Positions 13,216 through 27,740 of a DNA stretch of 64,000 bases are shown one piece after another. The stretch's first letter is position 1. Each line of letters starts with the position of its first letter. The notes beneath the pieces are model-generated. The model was not told where the DNA came from, ran no database searches, and saw only the letters and a program-made list of their open reading frames with translations. The stretch is from Vicugna vicugna. Its lineage: Eukaryota. Location of the stretch: positions 2,048,001 to 2,112,000 of the forward strand of contig MU058687.1 of NCBI GenBank assembly GCA_013265495.1, read 5' to 3'. A program made the translations under genes and the position numbers.

Positions 13216-14203
13216 GGTGGGGAGTTGCAGGAGGGTCTTGCCTGGGATGCTTCTTGCCCTGGGTCCCCTCCTTCCCTGGCTCAGACATGCGTAGTGTGTA
13301 CTTGAAAGTAACAAAGAGAGATTCTCTAGCTGCTTCCCTTTCCCAGTGGGGCCAGAGTCTAGGTGATTCAGGGCTCAAGGAAGGGAAAGTGCCCACCAGC
13401 CTTTGCCTAGGGTTCTTCCTCCGAGGCTCAGTGCTGTCCACTACCAGGCCCTGGGGTGGGATGCTCACAGTGTGATGCCCAATTTCCATCTCTCCCTTCA
13501 CTCTTAATCCTCTTCTCCTTTAGCCATTGGTCAGAAAAGTATCCCATGTTGGAGTCACAAGGGGTCTTTTGGTCCCTGCAGAAGCCAGAGTCCTGGTACA
13601 CTGGGAACTACTCAGTCAGTAAAGTTCCTGAACAAAGAGCCATAAAAAAAGAGGCATGGATGAAGAGCTTTCCAAGGTCTGAATGTCTGGTATGAGCAGA
13701 GTGAATCCCTCCCAAGGGCTCTGACCCGGGGGACATACCTGTCTCAGGGCAAGGCCACAGGGGCCCAGGGTAGCTGGTGGAACACACGCTGACCCTGGGC
13801 TCTCCACGGCGCATGGCTTGGCCTCCAGAGGAGCAGGCACTGGGGAATAGAGGTGACACAGGCCTGGGGGATGGAGGAAGGAGGCGACAGCAAGGGATGA
13901 AAGGGGCATATAGTGTCTTGGACTTTTCAGCTTGGAAAAGCTTTATAGGGAAGAATCAAGGCACTGCTGACATCCCTGGGGACCAGCTCTGCTGCCAAGA
14001 CCTGATTATATGCTTTCGAATCTTCTCATCTTAGTCCCCTCTTGCTGGTGAGGGGGGTGGGTACATGGTGGGATCCCCACTTTACCTAGGAGGTATGGGG
14101 TTCAGAGAGTTTATGTACTTGCTTGTGATTGCACAGCAAAAAAAATGGCAGACCTGTCATTCAAATCCAGGACTTCTAGTCTCGCCAAGCTTTTCCTTCT
14201 GGA

Positions 14204-14533
14204 GCAGGGCTTGGCAAATTGCCACCTACCACCTATTTTCACAGGGCCTGTGAGCTAAGAAAGGTTTTTACATTTTTAAACGGCTGGGGTGGGGGGGGGA
14301 ATCAAAAGAAAAAAAATATTTCATGACAAGTGAAAATGATAGGAAACCCAACCTTCAGTATCTATAAATATCATTTTATTGGAAGACAGCCACACCCATC
14401 TGCTTACACATTGCCGGTGGTTGCGTTCACGCTGTACTGGCAAACTTGATTGGTTGTGACTTAGACCGTATGGTCGTCAGAGCCCCGAATATTTACTTTC
14501 TGGGCCTTTACGAAAGCGTTTGCCAGCTTCTGC
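14204..14533. mobile_element. hAT-Charlie MITE, MER58B-like
   Basis: Contains cagggcttggcaaa...gagctaagaaaggtttttacatttttaaa...tttattggaagacagccacaccca...gggcctttacg...tttgccag. Confidence 0.78.
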
Positions 14534-14939
14534 TTTAGAGTTGTATTACTTGGGAGATGGAAAAGATCTTAGAAAGTATACAGTCAAAAAACCTTCACTC
14601 TCTTACTCTATCCACTTATTTTCCAAATAAGCAGAAAGATGCCTATTGCTGCCTCTAAACAGCTGTTTTCCCAGGCTGTCCTTGGGTGCAGGTCCCCTGC
14701 TCTCAGGAAGCTGAGCTCACGGCCATTTGCCCTGCGGCTGGAAAGAAGGACTCTGCCCCGTTGTTGTCTGTGCCTGACACTTTCACAGGGCTCGTTAGGC
14801 ACCAAGTTAACTGTATCCTCAGGTCTGGGAGCCTGCAGCCTGCTGGAGATACCAGCCTCCGGGGTCCAGAGGTGACCATCACCTGGCCGACGGGGAGGGG
14901 TACACATGCTGGGCACTTGGGGCAGTAGTGTTGTGGTGC

Positions 14940-15120
14940 CTGCAAGTTCAAGTCCTGGCTTAGTAACTGGTGACTTTAGGCAAATTACTTCAACATTCTG
15001 TGCCTCAGTTTCCTCACTTGGAAAATGGGGGGAAATAATAGCATTTAGCCCATGGACTTGTGAGATGATTAAATGAGTCAGTGCATATAAAATGCTTGGA
15101 ATGGTGCCTGGCACCTAGTG
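14940..15120 (+). mobile_element. MIR SINE (representative; other MIRs near 2160-2350, 9515-9660, 16490-16680, 17170-17385, 24390-24540, 27790-27950, 39060-39480, 49270-49490, 53290-54000, 62960-63190)
   Basis: MIR core tgactttaggcaaattacttcaac...tctgtgcctcagtttcctcacttggaaaatggg...gagatgattaaatgag. Confidence 0.8.
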
Positions 15121-15522
15121 TGTGTTGTGTGGATGCTGGTGGTGGTGACAGTGATAGTGGTGATTATCAGCCCTATTATTGTAGCCCTACTAGGTTTAAG
15201 CAGAGATTTTTATTGGGCCTCTTCCCATAGGGGCCTCCTTCCCCAGGACCTTCACAAGACCATCAGCTGCAAAAAGAAATAAGCCACAGGTCTCAGCTTG
15301 AGATTTTCTGCCGAATTTCCCCTGTCTGGGCTCAGGGAGGTGGGGAACCCAGAGGGTCAAGGCCATAGACTGAGTGCTCTCTGTCTGGGTATTTGAGGTG
15401 CTATGAAACTTATGGGCAAGATGGCAGGGAAGGCGAGTGAATCGTCACTGTGCCTGAAGCCCATAAATATAACATGGAGCCGAAAGAGCAACTTGCAAAA
15501 GAAGATGAGCTGTGTGGTGACC

Positions 15523-15632
15523 ATTTATATTTATTATATTTAATATTTAATACTACTTATCTTTATTATTAGTTAATTAATATATTTAGTAATATATTTA
15601 ATAATTAATCTATTGAGCGTTATTTATTTAAA
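15523..15632. repeat. AT-rich low-complexity tract
   Basis: Almost pure A/T for about 110 bp. Confidence 0.8.
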
Positions 15633-18600
15633 ACATGCAAAACAAGAGTGCATTCTGGTTCAGGATACACTCACATATGGTACAAGTCTAAGGAAATGTA
15701 TGGGGATGATCAACACTGCATTCAGGATGGTGGTTCCCCTGTGGGGAGGTGAAGAGGGGTGCCCAAGGGCCTTCACTTAAATTTGGAAAAAAACCGTGAT
15801 TTCTTCAGCTGGAGGGTGAATATATGAGAGTTCCTCATGTTATCCTTGATACATTTTTGTAAGTCTTAGTTATTTTATAATATATATATATATATTTTTT
15901 TAATGTAGGCAAGGCTAATTGTGCCAAACCCAGTGAAATTTTGGATGCTTTAAAATTTACCAAGAAGCCCCATGGATGGGTCAGCAGGGCTGAACGCATC
16001 TGGCGCACAGTGTGCCCAGGTGTGCGGGCGTGCACCTGACACTGTTCCCTTCATCCACACCCACCAGTCCCCTCGCCTGCACACATCACGGGCCCCTCTC
16101 CCCGCCTCTTTGCCTGTGCCTAGCAGCCCTTCCCCATCTGTTGGCTGGGTAGTTCCTTGCCCGGCCACGTGTCCTCTCCGGGCTGTGGAACCGGCAGAGG
16201 CTCTGGCCCGCCTCCCGAGTGAGGCAGAGAGGCTTTGGAACATGTGTTTCTGGGAGGCAGACACCAGCTGGCTGGGGAGACATTTGCATATTCAACTGAG
16301 CCCCCAGAGCCAAGCCGGGTTTGTGGGGAGGAGGCTGTGGCAGGACAGAGGGAGAGGGAAGGCTCTGGTCAGCTAGGGGTCAGGCAGAACAGATTTCAGA
16401 TTGGAGAGACAGATGGTGAAAGCAGAAAAAGAGGGAGGAAGCACATCCTGACTCGGACACGAAGGAAGCCATTTGAGAGCCCTGCGATATATCTTCAAAG
16501 GGCTTTGTGGGTTTTGAAGCATTTTCATGTCTTTCATTTGATTCTTCATTGCAATCCTGCAAAGTAGGTATTACCATCATCCTCATTTTACAGATGAGGA
16601 AACTGAGGCCCAGAAACGTTAATGTGTTGGGGGGCAGTCTTTGGACTCCTGGTCTAGTGCTCTTTTCACTTACCTCAGAGCCAAGTAAATTTGCCATCTC
16701 CATGTGCTCACCTTACATTCTTCTCTCAACCCTTTCCGGCAGGTTTTCTGACCCCTCCACCCCATTGATACTGTTCTTCTCTGGGTCAGCATCAACACCT
16801 CTTGATGCCAAATCATGGTCACTTCTCTGTGTTCACCTCGCTTGGCCTCTCTGCAAGCACTAGACACAGGTGACCCCTGACCTCCCCTTCTTTCTGAGAC
16901 AGCTTCCTTCTTGGTTGCTATGACAACACAGGCTCCTGTTTCCCTCCCACCTCTTTGGCTGCTCCTTCTCTGTTCTTTCGCAGGCTCTGCTCCACCTCTG
17001 AATGTTGGAGTGCTTCTGGCTTAGACCTCAGCCCTCTTCTCTTTCTTTTCCCTCTCTAGGCATCAACCTGAGGCACCTGGTCCAGACCTGACCCTTCAGA
17101 TATCACCTGTGTTCAAGCCTCTCGCATCTATTTCTCCATTGTTGCCCTTGCTTTACGCTGCCTTCATGGTGGCCAAGAGCACAGACTTTGGAGTCAGACT
17201 GCCTGAATTTGGATCTCAACTTTGCCATTTATTAGTTATGAGACCTTGGGCAATATTTCCATGTCTCAGTCTTGCCATATGTGAAATGGGAATGATAAAG
17301 CCCTTACCCCATAGGGTGACTGTGAGAATTAAATGAAAATTAAAGGGCTTAGAACATTGCCTGGCACAGAAAAGTGCTCAATAAAGGCAAGACATTGTTA
17401 CTTGGCATCTGTTCCTCCAACATACCAAGCACCTTCCCACCCCAGGGCCTTTGCACTAGCCCATCTCTCTATCCAGAATGTTCTTCCCTTGATTTTCCTA
17501 AGGCTGATGCCTTTTAATTCAGATTCCCTAACCACCCAGGCTAAAGAAGTCCTCTGGTCAGTCACTGTCACTCACTCCATTTAAAATTTCAATATAACGT
17601 CTATTGTTATTGGATATTTTCTTGTTCATTTTTTTATTCATTGTTTGCTCCCCAGCTAGAACAGAGTCCTCAAAAGAACAGAGATTTTTTTCTATTTTGT
17701 TCACTCTATCTCTGCCATTCTTAGTAGGGGCACAGAATAGGTGCCTCTTTGATTTGTTACATGAATGACGTAGATAGCGGCTTCAGCTTCCAGCCTCAGA
17801 ATGGACTGACATGGGCCTCATGCACTGACACTCTTGTGATTGGCAGCTGGGGAGGAAGGTGTTTCCAACTGAGAAATGGCTGAGAAGACATTCATTTATG
17901 TCTCCAAGCCCCAGAAATGTTGGAGGTCTCATATTGACCCCTAGCCCTTCCCAAAACATGACCACAGCCATCACACTCTCTCTCTGTCTTGACCCAGCCT
18001 GAGCAAATCCTCTCCATCTCTCCACTGGGGATGGACGGCTGATTCTAGTGTGCTCAGCACTCTGAGGGGGTCCCAGGGAGATCTAGAAGCAACACGAGAT
18101 TGGTCCCCACCCTAGAAGACCCTACAAACCAGATCCTGGGTTAGGATGAGCAAGTGATCAAGGCCAATCTTGTAGAAGATATTCAGGGCTGTGGGGCTCA
18201 GAGAGGAGGGGCAGGAGTGCAGAGTGCCTGTGTCACCTCCGGGGTCAGAATGCCCCATCCCTCAGGCTACCACGTCCCAGGAATGGGGATGGGAAGCTTG
18301 CCCATAGACTACTTCCTCCAGGTCCAATGCACTTTGCCTCGGATTTTGCTTTCTCTCTTCTCTGGCCTGCTGCTGTTGCTTTCTGGGCTAAGAACAATAA
18401 ATGGACAACGGTCGCACTTGGGCAGGGGGCTACATTTGGGCCTGTGTCAGCTGGCCCTTTAAGGTGCAGGGTGATTCTCTTTATGTAGGAGCCAGGACTA
18501 TGCTCAGGTTTTTTGTGTTTAATCAAGACCCAGCTCCCTTTGTAGGCAAAGCATCGCCCAGAGCTTCCCGGAAAGCCTGGGTTGCAAAGCCCTGATCTCA

Positions 18601-21600
18601 TTGACTGAACCATTAGAACACCCAGGCTGGTCAGATGCAGGTGCTGACTTTTGATCTGGAAGCTCTGGCCAAGGGCACTGAAGGGATCTGGTGTTCTTGC
18701 CCAGGGTGGGAGAGAAATGTCTCCAGATAATGGTAATGTGGAAGGCAGTGGTCCAGGGAAGTAATACCAAGCCTGGGAGCCCCAGAGATCCAGGAGGCTG
18801 TGAGGGAAGGTGGGCGGGATAGAGGGCGCAGAGACCATCCCCCATACCATACAAACCAAAAGACACAGAGGCAGGACAGCAAGATCCTTCTGGAGCCAAA
18901 CCAACATGTTCATTTTTATGGTTGCTAATACGCTACAGCCCATTCACTTCATCATGATGAGATGGCTGCAGTGGCTCCAGCTCAAGGTCCTTAGACCTGC
19001 TAGGAAGAGCCTCTTTTCAGATCCCCAGAAATAGACTCATTGTGTTCCACTGCCTCTGACTGAGGCAGGTGCCCATTTTCGAAACACTTGTTGGGAACAG
19101 GGTTATGGAAACTGGGATTGGCTAGGGACTAAATTACCTGCTCCAAGCTGGGATTGGGAAGGGTGGAGACTGGGGGAGGGCCGGTTCCCCAGAAAGGAAT
19201 TGGGGTACAGATACCAAGTGGGAAGGAAAAAATTGTCCTTTTTTTAAAGACTTGTCCATTAGTCAAAGATTGGCTTCTTTTCCACTCTGAATATCTTGTC
19301 TCCTCACATAACCTTGAATCTCACCTCACCTTGAATCTTGGCTCCATTCCTTTCTAGCCCTGTACCTGCCTCTGTGTCTTTATTGTTAAAATGGAGAGAC
19401 CCATACCTACCTTAGAGTCTTGATGTGAGACACACAGAGATCTCAGAAGGCCTCAGAGGGGAAACAGGCTGGGAGAGTTTCAGCCACCCAGGTCAGCCAG
19501 CCAGTCAGAGGCACTCTGACTCTGCTCAGGGCTCCTGACCCCGCCAAGTGCCAGCGCTGCAGGCTGCTTCCCAAACCTTGGAGAACAGCCCATGGTCCAG
19601 GTTCACAGGCTGCCATTCGGCTCCTCAGTTCCCAATGGCCTTTGCTTGAAGCCTGGGAGGGCTCTGAAGCTGGGAGGAGGCAGCTGAGCTCTCTGCGGGG
19701 CATCCATCACTAGAGGTCACTCTTCGTCTGTGTGTGTTCTCTGGAGGGCAGAAAGGAGGCTGCTGAGTGGGTGGCAGGGCCCCAGGCGTCTCCTCCTGGG
19801 AGGGTTCGTCCAGACCTACCTGGCCAGGAGTCAGAGCACCAGCCCTTCCTAACATCTGGGCCTGAGAGGGGTGAGCTGTTCCCCGCCTACAAGCCAGGCC
19901 AGCCAGGTGCCTGAGCCTGGTCTGGTGAGCTGGGAGGGCCTGTGTGGTCCCAGGGCAGCCCAGATGGCCTGGGCTTCTGCTAACCACCTCTAGTTCTCCC
20001 TGAGCCAGCTGCATGGAGGGTGGGATGGGTCTGAGGGGAGAAATCACACAGCAGGAAGCCCTGATTTCCACCTAATAGTCCCTAAGCCTTGCTCATTGTG
20101 ATCTGTACTGGAGCTCACTTTTCTCCCAGAGATGGCCTCACTCAGCACTTTCTCTTCTCCAAAAACACTGGCCACCCACAATGCCTTCAAAGCCCTTTAC
20201 TACCACAGGGCCTTTGCACTTCCCTCCATCTGAATGCACTGCCTCAGATCTTCACATGCACTTTAGTCTGAGAACAAATGCCATCTCCTCAGAGATTCTC
20301 TGACCTCTTAGTCTAAATTAACCACCTTCCAGCTTCAACTGGTTACCCTTTATCACACCATCTTGATTACCTCCTTCATAGCACTTACCGCAATTGTAAT
20401 CACCTCCTTGGTGTACTTGGTTATTGCCCACTCCCCCAACTAAGGCCCTGTGAGCACAGGGACTCTGCCTGTCTTGCCCTTTCTTCTGCTCCTGGCTCCT
20501 AGAATAGTGCCTGGCCCCTAGCAAGTTCTTGGTAAATATTTGTTGGAAGAATGAAGTGAAAAGTCTCAGAAAGCAGACTGTTAGTGTTGTCCTATTGTAT
20601 AGATTAGGAATTCAGTGAGAATAAGGGATTTAGCAAGACCACAGAGACAGGAAATCGTTGAGCCAGGAACTCTATCCCAGGTCTTTGAACTTGAAAACTA
20701 TCTCACCCCCGACCCACCTCCAACCCCCATCAGCCTTGGTGGAGTTTTAGAAGTTGGGCCAGGCCCCCCGTGAGTATTCCCTGCTGGAGAGTCAGCAGGC
20801 CCGAGCTCACCACTCTCCACCCGACCCTTGATTATCTGGAGTGGGAGTGGGGTGCACTGTAAGACAGAAAAGGGAAAATGAGGTCTTGGGTCGAAGGTCA
20901 TGGAGTAACTCGGTGACAGCATATGCCTCTCTCAGTGGATCTGGGGATCCCCTGAACCCCCATGTTACTTTTTTCAGAAGAAAATAAAAAGCATACCTGA
21001 GGGGCACAAACCTCTTTCAAGGTGAAAGGTATAGAAGTGACCAGATTTCAGGGCTTGTGTTTACAGTAGTCACTTCGCGGTTCTGGCTGTGCTGAGCGCC
21101 ACAGCTCATGCCTAGAGCAGCCCCGCCACCCCACAACTGAGCAAGTGGCCAGCTCAGCCCGGCCTCAGGACTGCCTTTGGGGCCTCCATGGGCCTCCGTG
21201 GGCTTCCGCACCTGTGAAACCTGATTGGCCTGTTTTGGGCCCCTTCTTGCCAAGCTTTCACAGCCAGGAGGTAAAATTATGAGTTGGACCTAATTTTTCA
21301 TCCCCTTAGTTTTAACCCAACTCAGCCTCAGACCCATCACTCATTTGATTCACCTGTGTTCCCCACAACCCTTGAAATTGAATCCTGGCACGTATTATGT
21401 CTGTCAGGCTGGGGGAGGTGGGCCCCAGTGCTGAAGGAGACCGCTGGTGATTGAGAGCTGATGGAGTCTCCCTTCTCTTGGTAGATGGATGAGAAAGAAA
21501 GATAGTTAGCTCTGGGGCTGCCAGTAGCATCACGGGGGTGGGAGAGTGGGGTTGGACCCTAACATGAGACTTCCAAGGACACAGGACCCAGCCCAGTGGG

Positions 21601-21793
21601 GGAGGACCAACCCAAACCAATAAGCATGAAGTTCATGGAACTAACCAGTCCTGGCTCTGTCTTGGCCTGAGCCTGATTGGACGGGCCCTGGACTAGGAGC
21701 CTGAACACCTGGGCACTCACCTCAGTCCTTCCCTTTAACTATCTGTGGCCTTGGTCTATGTACTTAGCTGCTCTGAAAGCTCAGTGATACGAC

Positions 21794-21842
21794 ATATGAT
21801 ATGATATGATATGATATGATATGATATGATATGATATGATAT
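21794..21842. repeat. (ATATG)9 pentanucleotide microsatellite
   Basis: Nine perfect ATATG units at 21794-21838, followed by ATAT. Confidence 0.95.
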
Positions 21843-22039
21843 ACATTTATAAATAATTCTGCTGCCACAAGAATCATTAATGTGATACGCATTAATGATT
21901 ACACTTAGGAGACAAAAAGTGCTATGGAAGTGGATGGTGGGCCCTGGCCTTCACCTCACATTTTCCATCTCCTCCTGCCATGGCTACTGCAGCCAGTGGA
22001 TCAGGGTCACCAGGCAGGGGCTGGGTTTTCAGCCTCAGT

Positions 22040-22443
22040 TCTTTCCAGGCATCCCAGCTGTTCACCCATATTCCACCCCTCTTTCCTGGCACGTGGGAGG
22101 ATTATCTTTCTTCACCCCCTTGGAGTTGGGTGTGGTCCTATGATTAGTTCTGGCCAGTGGGTTGTGGGCAGAAGTGCTATGTGTTGCTCTGAAGCTGGAG
22201 CATTTATCTGCTGGGGTGAGCCCCTCCAGCTCCACTCCTCACTGGCACGGCAATCATAGAAATCTGGTCGAAATGGAGTTCTGACAGCTGGGTCTCTGAG
22301 TCACCTTAATGAGCGGAGCCTCCTGCCAACTTGCTTTGGGTATGCAATTGAAGCAAGAAATGAATTGCTGTTGTAATTAAACCACTGAGGGTTTGGGGGC
22401 TGTTTGTTACAACAGTGCAACCTAGCCTAACCTAACTGATACA
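22040..22443 (+). mobile_element. Old MLT1 LTR (H/I/J-type)
   Basis: Ends in the MLT1 terminus tgtttgttacaacagtgcaacctagcctaacctaactgataca. Confidence 0.6.
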
Positions 22444-25149
22444 ATGCCCCATCAGCAAAGTTTCTCAATTTTAGGGTTCAGAGACCTATTGCCTCAGAAT
22501 CACAAGGAGCAGCCCTGTTAAAAATGCAGATTCTTGGGCTCCGCCCCAGACGTACTGAGTCAGAATGCCAAGAGGTCATACCCCAGAATCTGAGATTCTA
22601 ACCTCAGTGACTTCATCTTCAGAGGAGACAAGCATAGATCCCAGGCCTTGGGAGTGGTATGGGAGGCCTCTGCCCCCTCCACTGCCTCATCTTCTTCCTC
22701 TGGATCTGAAGCAGACCTGCTCCGTGGTGCGGGCTGTGTTCTCCAGGTGCTGCTGGGTTCAGCCCCTCAGTGGTCCTCACTCCCAGCTTACAGTCCATCA
22801 CTGATCACCATGCTCTACCCTCCTCTCTTGCCTCCTCTCTCCTCCCACCTAGCAGCGGGGCAAATCCCCTGGGTCAGATGCAGGAGGAGGGGCTCACAGG
22901 GTAGTCTCGGAGTAAGAGTAATAGAAACCCTTCGTGATGGATTGAAGGAGACGAGACCATTCCCGGCTGATGGCTGATGTGCGGCGCCAGTGACAGGCGG
23001 CAATGTTTGTGCTCTGAACCTGCAATCTCAGCTAATGGGAGAGATTGAGGAGTTCAGAATGAAACGCGTCATGGGCCAGAGCCCCATGGGCCAAGATGCT
23101 GCTGGCAGAGAGCAGCACAGCTTCATGGCTTCCTGAAGGAGGGAGTAGGGGCCACATTCCCACCCCAGCCCCTGGGCAGGTGGAAGAATGTCTCTGCCTC
23201 ACTGGGAGCTAGGCTAACCCCGCCGGCCCTAGGCTGCCCCTTGGGCTGCCTGTGAGTGTCAGTAGGGCCACGCTAGAGCTGCAGGAGGGCGCAGGCAAGA
23301 GGGCTTCCCTGATGCACCTGAGCAGTGCCCTCCCAGCACCTCCCACAAGGCAGGCGGCACAGGCACGCATGGCTGCAGTGTCCGAGTGCTGCCCAGGGAA
23401 GCCTTCCAGTAACTTCCCCTGGCCCCAGGGGGCTTCAGATGTCCTTCTTGGGGGCAGCTGGTTAAAAACAAGAATCAAAAGCTGAGAATCATCGAACCAG
23501 CTCATCAACCTCAACACTTCTTTCTTGGGTTTGAAGCTATATTGCCCTGGGCTCTCACTGTAATGCTATCTTTTCCTGCCTGTGACCCTGGACAACAACA
23601 TTCACCTTTCTGGGCTTCAGTTTCCTCATCTGTAAAATCTGAACAACAGAAAAACCACTTCCTGGAAGTTAAGTGTTGTACTAAGGACTGGATGAGACAA
23701 GCTGTAAAGCAGTGCCTGTGAATCACCCAGGGATCTTGTTAAAAAGATCTTGCGGATTTTGACTCAGCTGCTGTGGGGCCCAAGAGCCTTCATTTGTAAT
23801 AAGCTTCCAGGTGATGCTGATGGGTCAGGATTTTAGTCACAAGGATGTAGATGATCAGAGCAGGTGCCTGGTTCATAGTGGGTACTCAAACAATGATACC
23901 TTTGGTTATCATTGTCATCACCGCCAAGGCAGAACAGGTGAGACTGTCCCTTCCCTGCCACAGCCCGTGTCCTCCTTCACAGCTTCCTGCTCCATTCAAG
24001 GTTCTCCTTGAGGACACCTGGACACAAATTTCAGAAGGGCCCAAAATGGAGTTTATTGAAAGCCTGACCTCCAGTTCTATCCCTGGGCCCTGAGCCCACC
24101 ATGGGTGGCCAGGTGGCCAGCCTGTCCATCAGGCATCTTTTGAGGTAGCCATTGCCCCCGTGAGCCAGAATCAGATGAACTTTGTCATTGGGGCCCTCAA
24201 CTGTGTAAGCTGGGACGGCAGTGGGTGTTACCCAGCTACTTTCTTTCTCCAGCCATCACAGCCACCCAAAGTTCTGACGGAAGTCGCTACCATCCCTATC
24301 CCACATCCCAGAAGACATTTGCTCTCTTTCCTCATAGAAGGAAACCCTAGGGCGTGTAGGTTCCTCCAGGAGCACTGGAAGCCGCATGGCTCAGTGGTTA
24401 AAGGCTTGGGACCTTGAGCAACTTGTGTAATCACTCAGAGCCTCAGTTTCCTCATCTGTAAAATGGACTCACACTACCACCATGGTTTTGTCATGAGCAT
24501 GAAATGAAACGATGGATGTAAAACCGTTTTCACATGATGTGCACCAAAGGTGTGTCATTTTGCAATCATTAGTGTCTCCATGATTCTGGACCCTGCCTCC
24601 TTATCACCTGCCACCAAAAGCTGGCCCTGGAATCATCTGAGCTGTGATGGGAACCATGATTTTGAACTGGCTCTGCTCTAGCTTGGTGGTTCCTATGGTT
24701 TGGAATCAAGTATTGAAAGTTAAGCCAAGTTCATAGTGGAAACATGAAACCAGAGGAGGCAGAGGAGGACACCAGCTGTTTATAGCTGTGGATCAGGTGA
24801 GGAGGGCAAGCTGCTGCTGAGACACTGCGGGGAGAAGAGGATGAGGGGACAAGAGGAGGAGGAGAAGCAGGTGAGGGGTCCAATTTTGGAGAGGCAGATG
24901 CAGCGCCACCCTCAGCTGAAGGCTGACTTGTTCATCGTCTGGGGGGGTTCTGAGCAGGACTGGGGTGAGTGGTGGGTGAGGCTGCAGGATGTGTGGTGGC
25001 TGCAGGAGGGCCAGAGACAGATGCTGAAGCCTTGACACCCAGACTCCCTACAACTCTCTCTGGGGACACTTCCTGCAGGCTTAACAGTTCCAAACCCTTC
25101 ATTCCATTTGTACTTGTGGGAAAATCTGTGTATTAATCATTTTAACCAT

Positions 25150-27740
25150 TTTCTTTCTTTTTTTTTCTTCTTGTTTATTGAGGTATAATTGACATACAAC
25201 CTTATGCTAGTTTCAAGTGTACAACATAATGATTTAATATCTGTGTATACTGTGAAATGATCACCACAATAAGGTCTAGTTAACATCCATATCATACATG
25301 GCTACAGACTTTTTCTTGTGGTGAGAATTGTTAAGATCTACTATCTTTGCAACTTTCAAATATGTTACACAGTATTATTAACTATAGTCGCCATGCTGTA
25401 CATTACATCCCCATGACTTACTCATTTTATAACTAGAAATTTGTTCCTTTTGACTCCCTGTACCCATTTCATGCTTCCACTCACCTCTGACAACCATCAA
25501 GCTGTTCTTTGATTCTATGAACTTAGATTTTTTTCTTTTTCTTTTAGATGCCACATATAAGTGAGATCATATTGTATTTGTCTTTCTCTGTTTGACTTTT
25601 ATAGCATAATACCCTCAAGGTCCATCTTTGTTGTTGCCAATGACGAGATTTCATTCTTTTTATGGTTGAATAATATTTCATTGTATATATATATCGTGTG
25701 TGTGTGTGTGTATATACACACACATTTATACACATAAATATATACATTTCATTGCATACTCACACACACACATGAACATATATCACATTTTCTTTATTTA
25801 TTCACCTGTTGGTGAACACTTAGGTTATTTTCATATCTTGGATATTGTAAATAAAGATTTTTTTTCCCCTAATGATTAGTGATATTGAACACCCTTTCAT
25901 GTATCTGTTGACCATCTGTATATCTTCTTTTGAAAAATGCCGATAGATGCTCTGCCCATTTTTAAAAACAGATATTATTATTATTAATTTATTTTGCTGA
26001 GTTGTATAATTTCTTTATGTATTTTGGATATTAACACCTCATCAGATATATGATTTGCAAATATTTTCTCTAATTCAGTAGGTTGCCTTTTCATTTTGTT
26101 AATGGTTTCCTTTGCTATGCAGAAGCTTTTTAGTTTGATGTAGCCCCACATGTTAATTTTTGCTTCTGTTCCCTTTGCTTTTGGTGTCAAATCCAACAAA
26201 ATCATTGCCAAAATCAATGTGAAGGAGATTACTGCCTATATTGTCTTTTAGGAGTTTTGTGGTTTCCACCCATTTATTCAGGTCTTTAATCTGTTTTGAG
26301 TTAGTTTTTGTATATGGTGTAAGACAGTGCTCCAGTTTCATTCTTTGCATGTGCTGTCCAATTTTCTCAACACCATTTACAGAAGAGATTGTCCTAGCCC
26401 CATTGTATATTCTTGGCTCCTTTGTCATAAATTAATTGACATATATGTCTGTGTTTATTTCTGGGATCTCTATCTGTTCCATTGATCTATGTGTCTGTTT
26501 CCTAATGACAGTACCATACTGTTTTGATTATATAGCTTTGTAATATAGTTTCAAACCAGGGCATCAGATGCCTCCAGCTTTGTTCTTCTTTCTTAAGATT
26601 GGTTTGGCTATTCAGGATCTTTAGTGGTCCTGTACAAATTTTAGGATCGTTTGTTCTATTTCTGTGAAAGTGCCATTGGAATTGTGATAGGGATTGCATC
26701 GAATCTATAGATTACTTCAGGTAGCATGGACATTTAAGCAATATTAATTCTTTTAATCCATGAGCAAAAAATAGTTTTCTATTTGTGTCTTCTTCCAATT
26801 TCTTTCATCTAATAATTTTCAGTGTACAGGTCTTTTGCCTCTTAGGTTATATTTATACCTAGGTATTTTATTCTTTTTGATGCAATAGTAAATGGAGTTG
26901 CTTTCTTAATTTATCTTTCTGATAGTTCATTATTAGTGTATAGAAGCAAAATAGATTTCCGTATATTGATTTTGAATTCTGTAACCTTTCTGAATTAATT
27001 TTTCAGTTCTAATATTCTTGGGAGGATTTTCTAGATATAATATCTAGAAATCACTTGCAAATAGTGACTGTTTTACTTCCTCCTTTCCAATTTGGATGCC
27101 TTTTATTTATTTTTGTTTCCTAATTGTTCTAGTTAGAACTTCCATTACTATGTTGAACTTCCAATACTATGTTGAATAGAAGTGGCAAGAGTGGGCATCC
27201 TTGTCTTGTTCCTGATCTTAAAGGAAAAGCTTTCAGCTTTTCATCATTGGATATGCTGTTAGCTGTAGGCTTGTCACATATGACCTTTATTATGATGAAG
27301 TATGTTCCCTCTATACCTACTTTGTTGAGAGTTTTTTTTTAATCACAACTTAATATTGAATTTTGTCAAATACTTTTCTGCATCTATTGAGATAATCATA
27401 TGATTTTCATCCTTCATTTTGTTAACGTGGTGTATCACATTGGTTGATTTGAGGATGCTGAACTATCCTTGCATCCCTGGAATAAATTCCACTTAATCAT
27501 AGTGTATGACCTTTTTAATACATTGTTGAATTCTGTTTGCTGCTGTTGAATTCGGTTTGCTAATATTTATTGAGAATTTTTGTATCTTTATTCATCAGCT
27601 ATTGGCCTGCAATTTTCTTTTCTTGTGGTGTCCTTTCCTGGTTTCAGTGTCAAGGTAATGCTGGACTCATAAAATGGGTTTAGAAGTATTCCCTCCTCTT
27701 CTATTTTTGGGAAGAGTTCGAGAAATGTTAGTATCAAGTT
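25150..27740 (-). mobile_element. Older L1 (L1MA/artiodactyl type): degraded ORF2 3' part and 3' UTR
   Basis: Frameshifted ORF2 peptides ([71 protein letters not shown]). T-rich tail at ~25150. Confidence 0.92.
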
